A DNA stretch of 64,000 nt from Candidatus Planktophila sp. (GTDB lineage: Bacteria > Actinomycetota > Actinomycetes > Nanopelagicales > Nanopelagicaceae). Numbering within the stretch: the first letter of the stretch is position 1; each line of letters starts with the position of its first letter. The position numbers were made by a program, and so were the translations under genes. The notes beneath the pieces were generated by a model. That model saw only the letters and a program-made list of their open reading frames with translations. It had not been told where the DNA came from and did not search any database. This document shows, one piece after another, positions 46,957-57,255 of the stretch. The stretch lies in assembly GCA_044350045.1 (NCBI GenBank), contig JBILIJ010000002.1, forward strand, positions 49,554 to 113,553, given 5' to 3'.

Positions 46957-48493
46957 AGTTTTTGATGCAATCGTTGTAGGCGGTGGTCACAATGGTTTGG
47001 TGGCAGCCTCATATTTGGCTAAAGCTGGAAAAGATGTTCTGCTCCTTGAAGCCAACGCAGAACTAGGTGGAGCAACGGCTAGTGTGCGCGCATTCCCTGA
47101 TTTCGATGCACGCCTATCTCGCTACTCATATTTGGTGTCGCTTCTGCCAGATCAAATCATTAATGATTTAGGCATCAATTTTCATACACGTAGCCGTCAA
47201 ATTTCTTCATACACTCCTTATCATCGCAAAGGTACAGACGACGGCTTAAGGATTTCTACCCAATGGGATCAAGAGAGTGAGCAATCGTTTTATCGTTTAA
47301 CCGGATCTGAGCAAGAAGGTATAGCGTGGCAAAAGTTTTACTCTGAGATCGCACAGTTTGCCGCTAAAGCTGCACCGTTGATGCTCTCTCCCTTAATGAC
47401 CCGCTCTCAGATGCGCACGTTTATTGGTATGGATGATGTCTGGGATTACATGATTGAGCGACCTATCGGTGAAGTGATCGAATCGCGCTTTAGAGATGAT
47501 GTGGTCAGAGGCGTCGTGCTCACCGATGCTCTTATCGGTACCTTTGTAGATTCGGATTCAATTCAAGCGAATATTTGCTTCCTCTATCATCTCATTGGAA
47601 ATGGGATTGGACAGTGGAATGTTCCTGTCGGAGGAATGGGCGCGCTAGTGGCTGAGTTGGAACGTGTAGCACGTGAACTTCACGTGGAGATTCAACTGAA
47701 TTCTCCTGTAACGCAAGTGGCAAGTACCGACGATGGAGTAACGATCACCTGCGAGAACGGTGATGAATTTAAGGCGGTTGATCTTCTCTTTGCTGCTGCC
47801 CCGCAAAGTCTTGCCACACTTCGCAAGAAGAGTGCACCCTCATCTTTACAGGGATCCCAATTGAAGATAAACATGTTGCTGACTCGCTTGCCACAACTTA
47901 AATCAGGGGTAGATCCTACGATTGCTTTTGCCGGAACCTTCCACATTAACGAAACCTACTCTCACCTGAACGCGAGCTATCACGTTGCTAAAGATGGAAA
48001 AATTCCTGAGCGATTACCATTAGAAATGTACTGCCATACATTGACGGATTCGAGCATTCTCTCAGCAGAGCTTGTAGAAAAAGGTTTTCACACACTCACC
48101 CTTTTTGGTTTACATACAGATGCATCTCTCTTTGATCGCGATCCAGAAGGTGCACGTGCGCAGGCTGTAGCAAATGCCCTTGCAAGCCTTAATGAATATT
48201 TAGCCGAACCAATTGAAAGCGTGATCGCTAAGAATTCAGATGGAACGCTAGCCCTCGAGGCTAAATCACCTCTAGATCTTGAGGCCGCAATCGGACTTCC
48301 TAGAGGAAACATCTTTCACCGCGATTTAGATTTCCCATTCATTGAAGACTGTGATGTCACAGATATCCCGCAATGGGGGAGTGAAACCGACGACCCTCAT
48401 ATTTTCATTGCAGGTGCTGGAGCGCGACGTGGTGGTGGGGTGAGTGGGATCGCAGGACATAACGCAGCAATGTCAGTTCTCTCTCGCCAATAG
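46949..48493 (+). CDS. FAD-dependent oxidoreductase, phytoene dehydrogenase-related family (COG1233)
   Basis: VVGGGHNGLVAASYLAKAG, RYSYLVSL, PVGGMG, P.DLE....P.GNIFH, GGGVSGIAGHNAA. Confidence 0.88.
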   Translation: MSKVFDAIVVGGGHNGLVAASYLAKAGKDVLLLEANAELGGATASVRAFPDFDARLSRYSYLVSLLPDQIINDLGINFHTRSRQISSYTPYHRKGTDDGLRISTQWDQESEQSFYRLTGSEQEGIAWQKFYSEIAQFAAKAAPLMLSPLMTRSQMRTFIGMDDVWDYMIERPIGEVIESRFRDDVVRGVVLTDALIGTFVDSDSIQANICFLYHLIGNGIGQWNVPVGGMGALVAELERVARELHVEIQLNSPVTQVASTDDGVTITCENGDEFKAVDLLFAAAPQSLATLRKKSAPSSLQGSQLKINMLLTRLPQLKSGVDPTIAFAGTFHINETYSHLNASYHVAKDGKIPERLPLEMYCHTLTDSSILSAELVEKGFHTLTLFGLHTDASLFDRDPEGARAQAVANALASLNEYLAEPIESVIAKNSDGTLALEAKSPLDLEAAIGLPRGNIFHRDLDFPFIEDCDVTDIPQWGSETDDPHIFIAGAGARRGGGVSGIAGHNAAMSVLSRQ

Positions 48494-48512
48494 TCTGCAT
48501 TAGGCTTATCTC

Positions 48513-49631
48513 ATGAGCCACGACGCCTCGCACGAAAAACTTTCAACCAGAGCGATTACTGCTGGACGCCCAGAAGACAAAGTTGAAAACGGGATTAATC
48601 AGAGTATTTCATTGAACAGTACATTTGGAGCGGGTAGTCCGATTGCATATGGCCGAACTGGAAATCAGACATGGAGTGCAACCGAATCTGCTATCGGCGC
48701 ACTTGAAGGTGGAAGTACTCTCGTCTTTTCATCAGGAATGGCAGCAATCACTGTAGCTCTCTCTATTCTCGAACCTGGTGCACGTGTAGTTGCATCACAT
48801 CAGGGCTATAGCGGCGTGATGACTCTTTTGAATCAATACAATGCAAGTGGCCGTTTATTTGTCACTTTTGTGGATCTTTCACAGACAGAAGAAGTTTTGA
48901 GCGCGCTCAAAGGCGCTGATTTGTTATGGCTTGAGTCACCAACTAATCCTTGTCTTGATGTTGCCGAACTTCCTGAATTGATTTCTGCCGCAAAATCTTC
49001 ACAGATTCTCGTGATGGTGGATAACACTTTTGCGACAGCACTAACCCAGCGCCCCCTCACTATGGGCGCCGATGTTGTGATGAATTCTGTAACTAAGTTT
49101 TTATCGGGGCATGGCGATGTACTTATGGGCTCGCTATCTACCCAAAATCCTGAAATCCTTGAAAAACTTGAAGCCGCGCGACAATTATTTGGGGGGATCG
49201 CCGGTCCCTTCGAAGCCTGGCTCGCACTTCGTGGCATTCGAACTTTCCCACTGCGCTTTCATAAAGCTTGCGAAAACGCCCTTGAGTTGGCTAAACGCCT
49301 GGATACTCATCCAAAGGTATCCAGAGTGCGCTATCCAGGTCTACCAACGGATCCTCAGCATGAGCGGGCTAAGAAGTTTATGAAAACATTTGGCGCGGTG
49401 CTTTCTTTCGAAATTGTTGGAAGCGCTGCAGATGCTGACCGCCTTTGCGATAGCTCATCAATTGTTACTCACGCAACTAGCCTGGGTGGTGTTGAATCCC
49501 TGTGGGAGCGCAGACGCAGATGGCCGAATGAAAGCGCGTCGGTACCCGAAAACCTCATCCGCCTCTCGGTGGGGTGTGAAGATGTAGAAGATTTGTGGGC
49601 CGATATTCAACAGGCGTTATCCGCGATTTAA
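48513..49631 (+). CDS. Trans-sulfuration PLP enzyme (cystathionine gamma-synthase-like)
   Basis: YGR.GN.TW, FSSGMAA, WLESPTNP, VDNTFAT, SVTKFLSGHGD, ATSLGGVESL, RLSVG.ED. Confidence 0.9.
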   Translation: MSHDASHEKLSTRAITAGRPEDKVENGINQSISLNSTFGAGSPIAYGRTGNQTWSATESAIGALEGGSTLVFSSGMAAITVALSILEPGARVVASHQGYSGVMTLLNQYNASGRLFVTFVDLSQTEEVLSALKGADLLWLESPTNPCLDVAELPELISAAKSSQILVMVDNTFATALTQRPLTMGADVVMNSVTKFLSGHGDVLMGSLSTQNPEILEKLEAARQLFGGIAGPFEAWLALRGIRTFPLRFHKACENALELAKRLDTHPKVSRVRYPGLPTDPQHERAKKFMKTFGAVLSFEIVGSAADADRLCDSSSIVTHATSLGGVESLWERRRRWPNESASVPENLIRLSVGCEDVEDLWADIQQALSAI

Positions 49632-49677
49632 CAGAGCTCGTGCGACAAATTATGCGAAATAGCGGTAAATTTAGATC

Positions 49678-49839
49678 ATGAAGATAATCCGACGCATATT
49701 AGCCGCGGCCGCAGTGGTCTTGTTGGCATTCAAGGGCGTCGCGTCATTTCTCTCATGGGTTGAACGACAAGATGATCAACCGGCTGAAGCATGGCTAGAT
49801 GAAGATGAGCTTGATTCTGCCGATAGTAAAGATGCATAA
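49678..49839 (+). CDS. Small membrane protein (53 aa)
   Basis: Not in the ORF track. MKIIRRILAAAAVVLLAFKGVASFLSWVERQDDQPAEAWLDEDELDSADSKDA; TAAATT 6 nt upstream; stop abuts the next GTG. Confidence 0.7.
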   Translation: MKIIRRILAAAAVVLLAFKGVASFLSWVERQDDQPAEAWLDEDELDSADSKDA

Positions 49840-50220
49840 GTGAGCGCAGAATACGTTCCAGGTACATGCAATATTGGTGCAGGTGAAATTCGCCAGCGCC
49901 AAGTTGTAGCAGTTATTGGTTTCCTACTCTTTATCGCTTCTTCAATTGCCCTCTTTGCAATGGATGCACCTCGAGAATCCCGACTTGCCTTGTTTCTCCC
50001 ACTGATGATGGCAAGTATTGGTTGGGTACAGTCACGGAAGAAGTTCTGTCTTGCTTATGGATTTATGGGGACTTTTAATTTTGGAAAGCTCGGTCAGTTA
50101 TCTCGCGTGAGTGATAAGAGCGCGCTTCGCGCCGATAGAAGTACTGCAGTAAAAATTCTCTTGCAGGGCCTTGTTTATGCAGCGCTTGTAACTGCAGCGA
50201 TGTATCTGATTCCTGCTTAA
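49840..50220 (+). CDS. Hypothetical membrane protein with CNIG motif
   Basis: Y.PG.CNIG..EI..R, three TM segments, Q...FC..YG. Confidence 0.75.
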   Translation: MSAEYVPGTCNIGAGEIRQRQVVAVIGFLLFIASSIALFAMDAPRESRLALFLPLMMASIGWVQSRKKFCLAYGFMGTFNFGKLGQLSRVSDKSALRADRSTAVKILLQGLVYAALVTAAMYLIPA

Positions 50221-50672
50221 TTTTTCTTTTCAGCCTTTGGAGAAGGTCCTTTCCACTTATTACCCTTCATCCCATAACCAGATGGTCGGGTTGGAGGCTG
50301 CGGCGGATTCATAAGAGGTTCAAGCTCAGCTACAGCCTTGTCTCGATTAGCAGCAGCCAAAGCAGTCGCAGCAGCAAAATTTGCCTTACTTGATGCGCCG
50401 CGTGCAGCGTTCTTGAATTCTCTCTGCGCTTGTTTCAGCGCCTGAATAAATGTCGTTGCAATCGCACGTAATTCTTGTTCACGTATGGCGCGAGCTTCCT
50501 GATAGATCTGGAATTGATTCTTATACTCAATCATATCTAACTCGTATTGTTGAATTGGAGAGAGAGTTGCAGCAGGAGTAGGAGTTACCTCGGCTGCATG
50601 CGCAGGAACTGCCGTCATAGAGAGCACAGTTGAGGCCAGAAGAAGAGAGATCAGGTGGCGCATTCTTGTCAT
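50217..50672 (-). CDS. Hypothetical secreted protein
   Basis: Signal peptide ending AHA, helical/coiled-coil core, Pro-rich basic tail; GAAAGGAG SD before ATG 50672. Confidence 0.75.
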   Translation of the reverse strand: MTRMRHLISLLLASTVLSMTAVPAHAAEVTPTPAATLSPIQQYELDMIEYKNQFQIYQEARAIREQELRAIATTFIQALKQAQREFKNAARGASSKANFAAATALAAANRDKAVAELEPLMNPPQPPTRPSGYGMKGNKWKGPSPKAEKKN

Positions 50673-50733
50673 TGACTCTCTCCTTTCACAGTGCCTTGCC
50701 AACTTATTTATAGACGAAAGAGTGCCATTAAAT

Positions 50734-50752
50734 TTTGTGAAGAATCTGTGAA
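50734..50752 (-). promoter_or_regulatory. OmpR/PhoP-type direct-repeat operator
   Basis: Minus strand TTCACAG-ATTC-TTCACAA (11-bp period), 21 bp upstream of a TATAAA box, in the divergent region beside an OmpR-family regulator. Confidence 0.6.
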
Positions 50753-50822
50753 TCTTACTTCAAATCATAGCGATAGGGCATCGAGGGTAGAAATGTCGGG
50801 CCAGACCTGCAAGGCTAGGGCT

Positions 50823-51530
50823 ATGGAGCCAATGCAGAATCAGGCAACAAAGGTCCTCATCGTCGATGATGAGGCAGGTGTGCGCGAGCTATTAAAAGAT
50901 GCCTTGAGATTAGCTGGATTCGAGCCACAATCGGTAGGCGATGGAATGAGTGCGCTGACACTTCTTCGAACTTTTACTCCAGATATTATGATTATTGATA
51001 TCAATATGCCGTTGATGGATGGATTTGAATTGGTCGAGCGACTTCGAAAAATCGGTAACGATGTTCCAGTTCTCATGTTAAGCGCGCGGGCTGATCGAGT
51101 AGATGTGACCCGCGGCCTCACGTTGGGGGCCGATGATTACGTAACTAAACCATTTGGATTAGAGGAACTTGTCCTTCGCCTGAAAGCAATCTTGCGTAGA
51201 TCACACCCAGTGGATGCCCTTGATTCTGCTCTTACTTGCGGGCCAATTGAGATTGTCGATCAAAGTCACTCTGTCAAGTTCAATGGAGAGCTTATCGATC
51301 TATCCCCAACGGAGTATCGATTGCTGCAGGTTCTTATGGAAAATAAGAATCGGGTCCTATCGAAAACTGTTCTCCTCGATGATGTGTGGGGGATAACCTT
51401 CGAGTCAGAGAGCACTGTCGTTGATACCTATATTTCTTATCTGCGAAAGAAACTACATCGTGATGGATTTGAGGGCATTAAGACGATACGTGGAGTTGGA
51501 TTTGTGATCCAGGAACCCAAGAAGCCTTGA
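50823..51530 (+). CDS. OmpR-family response regulator (PhoP/TcrX-like)
   Basis: VLIVDDE, DINMP.MDG, GADDYVTKPF, LSPTEY.LL, VLSK..LLD.VW, VVDTYISYLRKK. Confidence 0.93.
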   Translation: MEPMQNQATKVLIVDDEAGVRELLKDALRLAGFEPQSVGDGMSALTLLRTFTPDIMIIDINMPLMDGFELVERLRKIGNDVPVLMLSARADRVDVTRGLTLGADDYVTKPFGLEELVLRLKAILRRSHPVDALDSALTCGPIEIVDQSHSVKFNGELIDLSPTEYRLLQVLMENKNRVLSKTVLLDDVWGITFESESTVVDTYISYLRKKLHRDGFEGIKTIRGVGFVIQEPKKP

Positions 51531-52732
51531 AGCGAAAAAGCTTACGTGCAGTCCTTGCTAGCGCACTAGTTACCACCGCACTCTCACTATCAATTGGTGG
51601 CTTTGCCACCGTCTCACTCAGAGATTCTCAGATTGAAAGAGTCGATCAGCAACTCCAGAAAATCGTAGATGCTGTTCGATCAAATCCAGATTCACCAGTG
51701 AGCTCCGCCCTTGATGCCGCATCTGAAGAAGATTTCAATATAACTATTGCGATAGTTTCTAGTAAGAACAACGTCACGATCATTAATGAATCAAAACTCA
51801 CTCTTGAATCACTTCCACGAGACTCTGTGCTCTCGGCCGCCCTCATAAATCCAATTACAGTTGAAGGTAAAGAAAATTATCGACTCCTCGCCCAAGAAAT
51901 TTCAGGTGGAGATCGCCTCATTTTTGCTGATTCTCTCTCAATAATTGAGGCGGCGTTTTCCAGTAATTTAGAGAGACTTCTGATCTTCACTGTTATTGCC
52001 GATCTTGTGGCAATAGCTATCTCAGTGTTGCTATTAGCCAGAAATAATAGAAAATTAGAAGCTGATGCGCTTCTACGCATGCAGAAGTTTTTAGCTGATA
52101 CTTCTCATGATTTAAGAACTCCACTTACTGTAATTAAGGGTTACTCAGAGCTCTTGAGTAAGGGACAGATTAGTAATCCAGAAGATCGTGGGCGTGCCTT
52201 CGAGCGCGTTAATTCTGAGATTATTCGTATGGAAAACCTTATTCATGACCTCTTACTTCTGGCCGAACTCGGTGAAACATCGCGACCAATTTTTGAAGAA
52301 CTTGATCTTTCTGACCTCTTAGCCTCATACGCCCATGACTTCTCAACTCTGAACCCAGAGCGAGCGATTATTGTAGAGATTGAATCCGGAGTGATCATGA
52401 AGGGCTCTATCGAACATCTACGACGTCTGATTCAAAACATTTTCAACAATATTTCTCGACACACGACCTCAGATGCATCGGTAAAGGTGGCAATCGCGCG
52501 CAAGGGAAAAAAAGTACATCTCACGATAGAAGATGGAGGCAAAGGGCTACCCTCTGGTGGTTATAGAGATGGAGTGCGCGAGCTCAATCGCTTCGATGCC
52601 AGTCGATCACCCGAGACAGGTGGTTCAGGTTTAGGGTTATCTATAATCGCTGCGATTGTGGCAGAACATGAGGGAATCCTAAACTTACGAAAGAGTGATC
52701 TCGGTGGATTAGCCGTGGAGATTATTTTTTAG
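51527..52732 (+). CDS. Sensor histidine kinase
   Basis: Two TM segments, FLADTSHDLRTPLTVIKGYSEL, N box NIFNN, EDGGKG, GGSGLGLSI. Confidence 0.92.
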   Translation: MKRKSLRAVLASALVTTALSLSIGGFATVSLRDSQIERVDQQLQKIVDAVRSNPDSPVSSALDAASEEDFNITIAIVSSKNNVTIINESKLTLESLPRDSVLSAALINPITVEGKENYRLLAQEISGGDRLIFADSLSIIEAAFSSNLERLLIFTVIADLVAIAISVLLLARNNRKLEADALLRMQKFLADTSHDLRTPLTVIKGYSELLSKGQISNPEDRGRAFERVNSEIIRMENLIHDLLLLAELGETSRPIFEELDLSDLLASYAHDFSTLNPERAIIVEIESGVIMKGSIEHLRRLIQNIFNNISRHTTSDASVKVAIARKGKKVHLTIEDGGKGLPSGGYRDGVRELNRFDASRSPETGGSGLGLSIIAAIVAEHEGILNLRKSDLGGLAVEIIF

Positions 52733-52811
52733 TTTTCTCCTTGAAGGTTTAGGCCACACCTTTGCCTTGAATTGAACCTGACACTGGTCTGATCTAGGGT
52801 AATTTAGCCAC

Positions 52812-54005
52812 ATGGCACCTTCGTCTCGAGTCACCCTTGAGCAAGCGTTTGCACAAGCCACCGGCTACTTTCAAAGCCCAGTCACGATTACCAAGGTTGT
52901 ACTTTCAGGTCGGCGCAGAAATATGCAGACCTCAACCAAGCGTATCGACATTCGTCCTGTGAAAATTAAAGACGAGCTGTACTTTCAGGTAAGCACAAGT
53001 GATGGCAAAGCGACCACAACGAAGAATTATCTTCCCGCCGAATTACCGGTCTCAGAATTTTTTACTAGCGGCTATTCCAACGTTCTCATCGAAACTCTTC
53101 ATGAGAGTTTTTCACTTCAAATTTCGAAGAAAGATGAACCCTTAATCAGCATTAAGGCTGGAAATTTTGAAGCCGACCTTTCACACGATAGAAAGAAGGC
53201 TCGACTTCTTGATCCTTCGGATCCGTTTCTTATCGAAGTTGGCATTAGTGATGCTTCCGGCAAAGTAAAAGCATCGAAAATGGATAAGTACATGCAGGTC
53301 GAAGAATTCTTAAGATTGCTAACCCCAACGCTTACTCATGCTATCGAAGCAGGCCATCTTGCTTCACCTCTACCCACAAAGCCGCTGCAGATCGTCGATT
53401 TAGGATGCGGTCATGCCTATCTCACCTTTGCAACCCATCAATATCTTCAATCTATAGGAATGAGCATCAAGGTAATTGGCATTGATATTCGAACAAGCTC
53501 ACGCGATCGAAATAATGAAATTGCAAAGAAGCTCGGAATTTCAGAGACCATTGAATTTTTAGCCGAGGAGATTTCCCAGACATCACTTACTCAGGCAGAT
53601 GTTGCAATTGCACTCCATGCATGCGATACGGCTACAGATGATGCGATTGCCTGGGCGCTGCGATCTGAAGCTCAACTTCTGATGATTGCCCCCTGCTGCC
53701 ATCATGACATTCAATCTCAGTTGAGTGATTCACCGGAACCCTGGTCGCTCATCACTCGATATGGAATCATGCGTGAGCGCCTTGCAGATTTACTGACCGA
53801 TGCATTTCGCATGCAGATTCTAAAGTTACGCGGTTTTCGTGTGGAGGCTATTGAGTTCGTGGGCGGGGAGCACACCCCTCGAAATCTCATGATTCGGGCA
53901 GTTAAGACTGGTGCGCCCGTTGATCCAATCGAAATCGCACGCTATGAAGAGATGGCCTCGCTCTGGAAGGTAAAGCCCGCCCTCGCACGTCATCTCAACC
54001 CGTAG
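52812..54005 (+). CDS. SAM-dependent methyltransferase (Methyltransf_32-like)
   Basis: HDRKK, K..Q...FL, IVDLGCGHAYLTF, ALHACDTATD, APCC, EF....HTPRNLMIRA. Confidence 0.9.
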   Translation: MAPSSRVTLEQAFAQATGYFQSPVTITKVVLSGRRRNMQTSTKRIDIRPVKIKDELYFQVSTSDGKATTTKNYLPAELPVSEFFTSGYSNVLIETLHESFSLQISKKDEPLISIKAGNFEADLSHDRKKARLLDPSDPFLIEVGISDASGKVKASKMDKYMQVEEFLRLLTPTLTHAIEAGHLASPLPTKPLQIVDLGCGHAYLTFATHQYLQSIGMSIKVIGIDIRTSSRDRNNEIAKKLGISETIEFLAEEISQTSLTQADVAIALHACDTATDDAIAWALRSEAQLLMIAPCCHHDIQSQLSDSPEPWSLITRYGIMRERLADLLTDAFRMQILKLRGFRVEAIEFVGGEHTPRNLMIRAVKTGAPVDPIEIARYEEMASLWKVKPALARHLNP

Positions 54006-54011
54006 ACTTAA

Positions 54012-55346
<1,335 letters not shown>

Positions 55347-55372
55347 CGTCAATCAAAGGTTAGAATTCATCC

Positions 55373-55843
55373 ATGAAAAAAGTTGCCCTCGTTCTAGCGT
55401 TCTCACTTATTGGTCTTACCGGCTGTTCCGAAATTGGAGATAACATGTCAACAAATACCTTGATACCAGTTAGTACTACGGCGGGTGCGGAACCGACTAT
55501 TGGAAAGATTCCTACTGGCCCTGCCCCAACAGAGCTTGTTGCCCAAGATGTAATTGTCGGAACAGGAGCAACAGTGGAGGCGACATCAATACTGACTGTG
55601 CATTACATGTTGCTGCAATGGTCTGATGGATCACTTATTGAATCTTCATGGAGCAGTGGAAACCCAGCAACATTTGGATTGATGGATGTGATTCCAGGAT
55701 GGCAACAAGGTTTAGTTGGGGCCAAAGTTGGATCTCGGCGCTTACTAGTGATCCCACCAGCACTCGGTTATGGTGCAATGCCTGGCCACCCGCTAGAAGC
55801 TCAGACTTTGATCTTCGCAGTCGACATCATTTCAATCTCGTAA
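55373..55843 (+). CDS. FKBP-type peptidyl-prolyl isomerase, lipoprotein
   Basis: Lipobox LTGC, VHY, SSW..G.P..F.L..VIPGW, VG.RRLLVIPP.LGYG, TLIF.VDI. Confidence 0.92.
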   Translation: MKKVALVLAFSLIGLTGCSEIGDNMSTNTLIPVSTTAGAEPTIGKIPTGPAPTELVAQDVIVGTGATVEATSILTVHYMLLQWSDGSLIESSWSSGNPATFGLMDVIPGWQQGLVGAKVGSRRLLVIPPALGYGAMPGHPLEAQTLIFAVDIISIS

Positions 55844-55860
55844 TCTCAAGATAGGGCCCG

Positions 55861-56469
55861 ATGTCACTTCTTCATGTTCTAGATCTTCTCTCTGTCTTTG
55901 TCTTTGCACTCGTTGGAGCACGCGTAGCAGCAGATAGAGGACTTGATTATGGCGGTATCGCACTTGTAGCAATAGCTGCATCAGTATCTGGTGGAACGCT
56001 CAGAAATATATTTTTAGGTCTTAAGCCAATCTTGATTACAGATCCTTGGGTAATTACAAGTGTCGTTGCTGCAGTGGGAATCACTCTGAGCGTTCGCCGC
56101 GTTACTCATATCGGTAAGACGCTTTTGATCATGGACACCATCGGCTTAGCAATTGCCACCGCATCCGGTGTTCAGTTAGCCCATAACCTCAACAGTCCGT
56201 GGTTTGCAACGATCATTCTTGGGGTTATCACAGCGATCACAGGGGGATTACTTCGCGATCTTCTCTGCCAGCTTGAACCAGTGGTTTTGCACCGGGAAAC
56301 AATTGCCACATCATCTCTCTGTGGTGCGGCTGCATTTGTTCTTCTGATTGAACTTGGCGTGGTGGTTACGGCAGCGACAATTACTGCCGGATTTGTTGTT
56401 GGTCTTGTCAGAATTCTCTCTATTCAATTCGATCTCAACCTTCCTAAATTTAAGGCAAGCTCATCGTGA
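55861..56469 (+). CDS. TRIC cation channel family protein (UPF0126/YadS)
   Basis: GGTLRN and GGLLRD repeats, D.IGLA, seven TM segments. Confidence 0.9.
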   Translation: MSLLHVLDLLSVFVFALVGARVAADRGLDYGGIALVAIAASVSGGTLRNIFLGLKPILITDPWVITSVVAAVGITLSVRRVTHIGKTLLIMDTIGLAIATASGVQLAHNLNSPWFATIILGVITAITGGLLRDLLCQLEPVVLHRETIATSSLCGAAAFVLLIELGVVVTAATITAGFVVGLVRILSIQFDLNLPKFKASSS

Positions 56470-56942
56470 TTCGCCCGGCAGGTTTAGAAGACACCGAAGA
56501 AATACTCGCCTTAATCTACGAGTTAGCCGGCTATGAAAAGGCACCGAATGAAGCAAAGGCGACCGCTGATCAGATCCGCCAATCATTCTTTTGCGAGAAC
56601 CCAAAAGTTTTCTGTGAGATTGTTGAAGAAGATGGCAAGATTGCAGGGTTTGCTATCTGGTTTTTGAATTACTCAACCTGGCAAGGAATGCACGGAATCT
56701 ACCTTGAAGATCTCTTCATTAGACCCGAGTATCGCAAGCGAGGCTATGGCAAGGATTTACTCAAACATCTAGCGGGTATCTGTAAAGAACGAGGTTATGG
56801 ACGATTCCAGTGGTGGGTTCTTGATTGGAATACACCAGCGATTGATTTCTATACATCTCTTGGTGCAAAGGCGATGGATGAATGGACCGTCTATCGCGTC
56901 TCTGGAAAAGAGTTAAGCGATTTAGCTTTTGAGGACCGCTAG
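56466..56942 (+). CDS. GNAT acetyltransferase (diamine acetyltransferase-like)
   Basis: I.ELA.YEK, NYSTW.G..GIYLEDLF..PEYR..GYG, W.VLDWN.PAI.FY. Confidence 0.92.
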   Translation: MIRPAGLEDTEEILALIYELAGYEKAPNEAKATADQIRQSFFCENPKVFCEIVEEDGKIAGFAIWFLNYSTWQGMHGIYLEDLFIRPEYRKRGYGKDLLKHLAGICKERGYGRFQWWVLDWNTPAIDFYTSLGAKAMDEWTVYRVSGKELSDLAFEDR

Positions 56943-57245
56943 CGCAACTGAAAAATCTCGTTCAAAAACCATCAGTGATGGTCCTTGCAAGGTCTGCGTC
57001 AAGGTAGCTTTGATATTTGAATCCTTTAACTTAAGAAGTGCCATCTCTGCCTCAATGTAATTGCCAGGGGTGGGGAGAGCTTTAAGCAGGCCGTACTCAT
57101 CTTTCCTCCCAGCACTAATTGGCGTGACAATTAGCTTTTTATTATTCGATGAAAAAGCCCACTTAAGGAAGAAGATAAGTATTCCTACAGCAACAAATCC
57201 ACCAAAGGATGAGAGAAAAAGTCCATTATTGATGCCGCCTAGCAC
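56922..57245 (-). CDS. Hypothetical membrane-anchored protein
   Basis: N-terminal TM, L.W.FS, EYGLL, I.ATL, LMVF..D; follows uppP; GAGG SD. Confidence 0.72.
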   Translation of the reverse strand: MLGGINNGLFLSSFGGFVAVGILIFFLKWAFSSNNKKLIVTPISAGRKDEYGLLKALPTPGNYIEAEMALLKLKDSNIKATLTQTLQGPSLMVFERDFSVALAVLKS

Positions 57246-57255
57246 TCTGGGTACC

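Noticed and set aside
46949-48493. Carotenoid biosynthesis gene crtI/crtO
   Set aside because: There are no crtE/B/Y neighbours, and the motifs fit the broader COG1233 oxidoreductase family.
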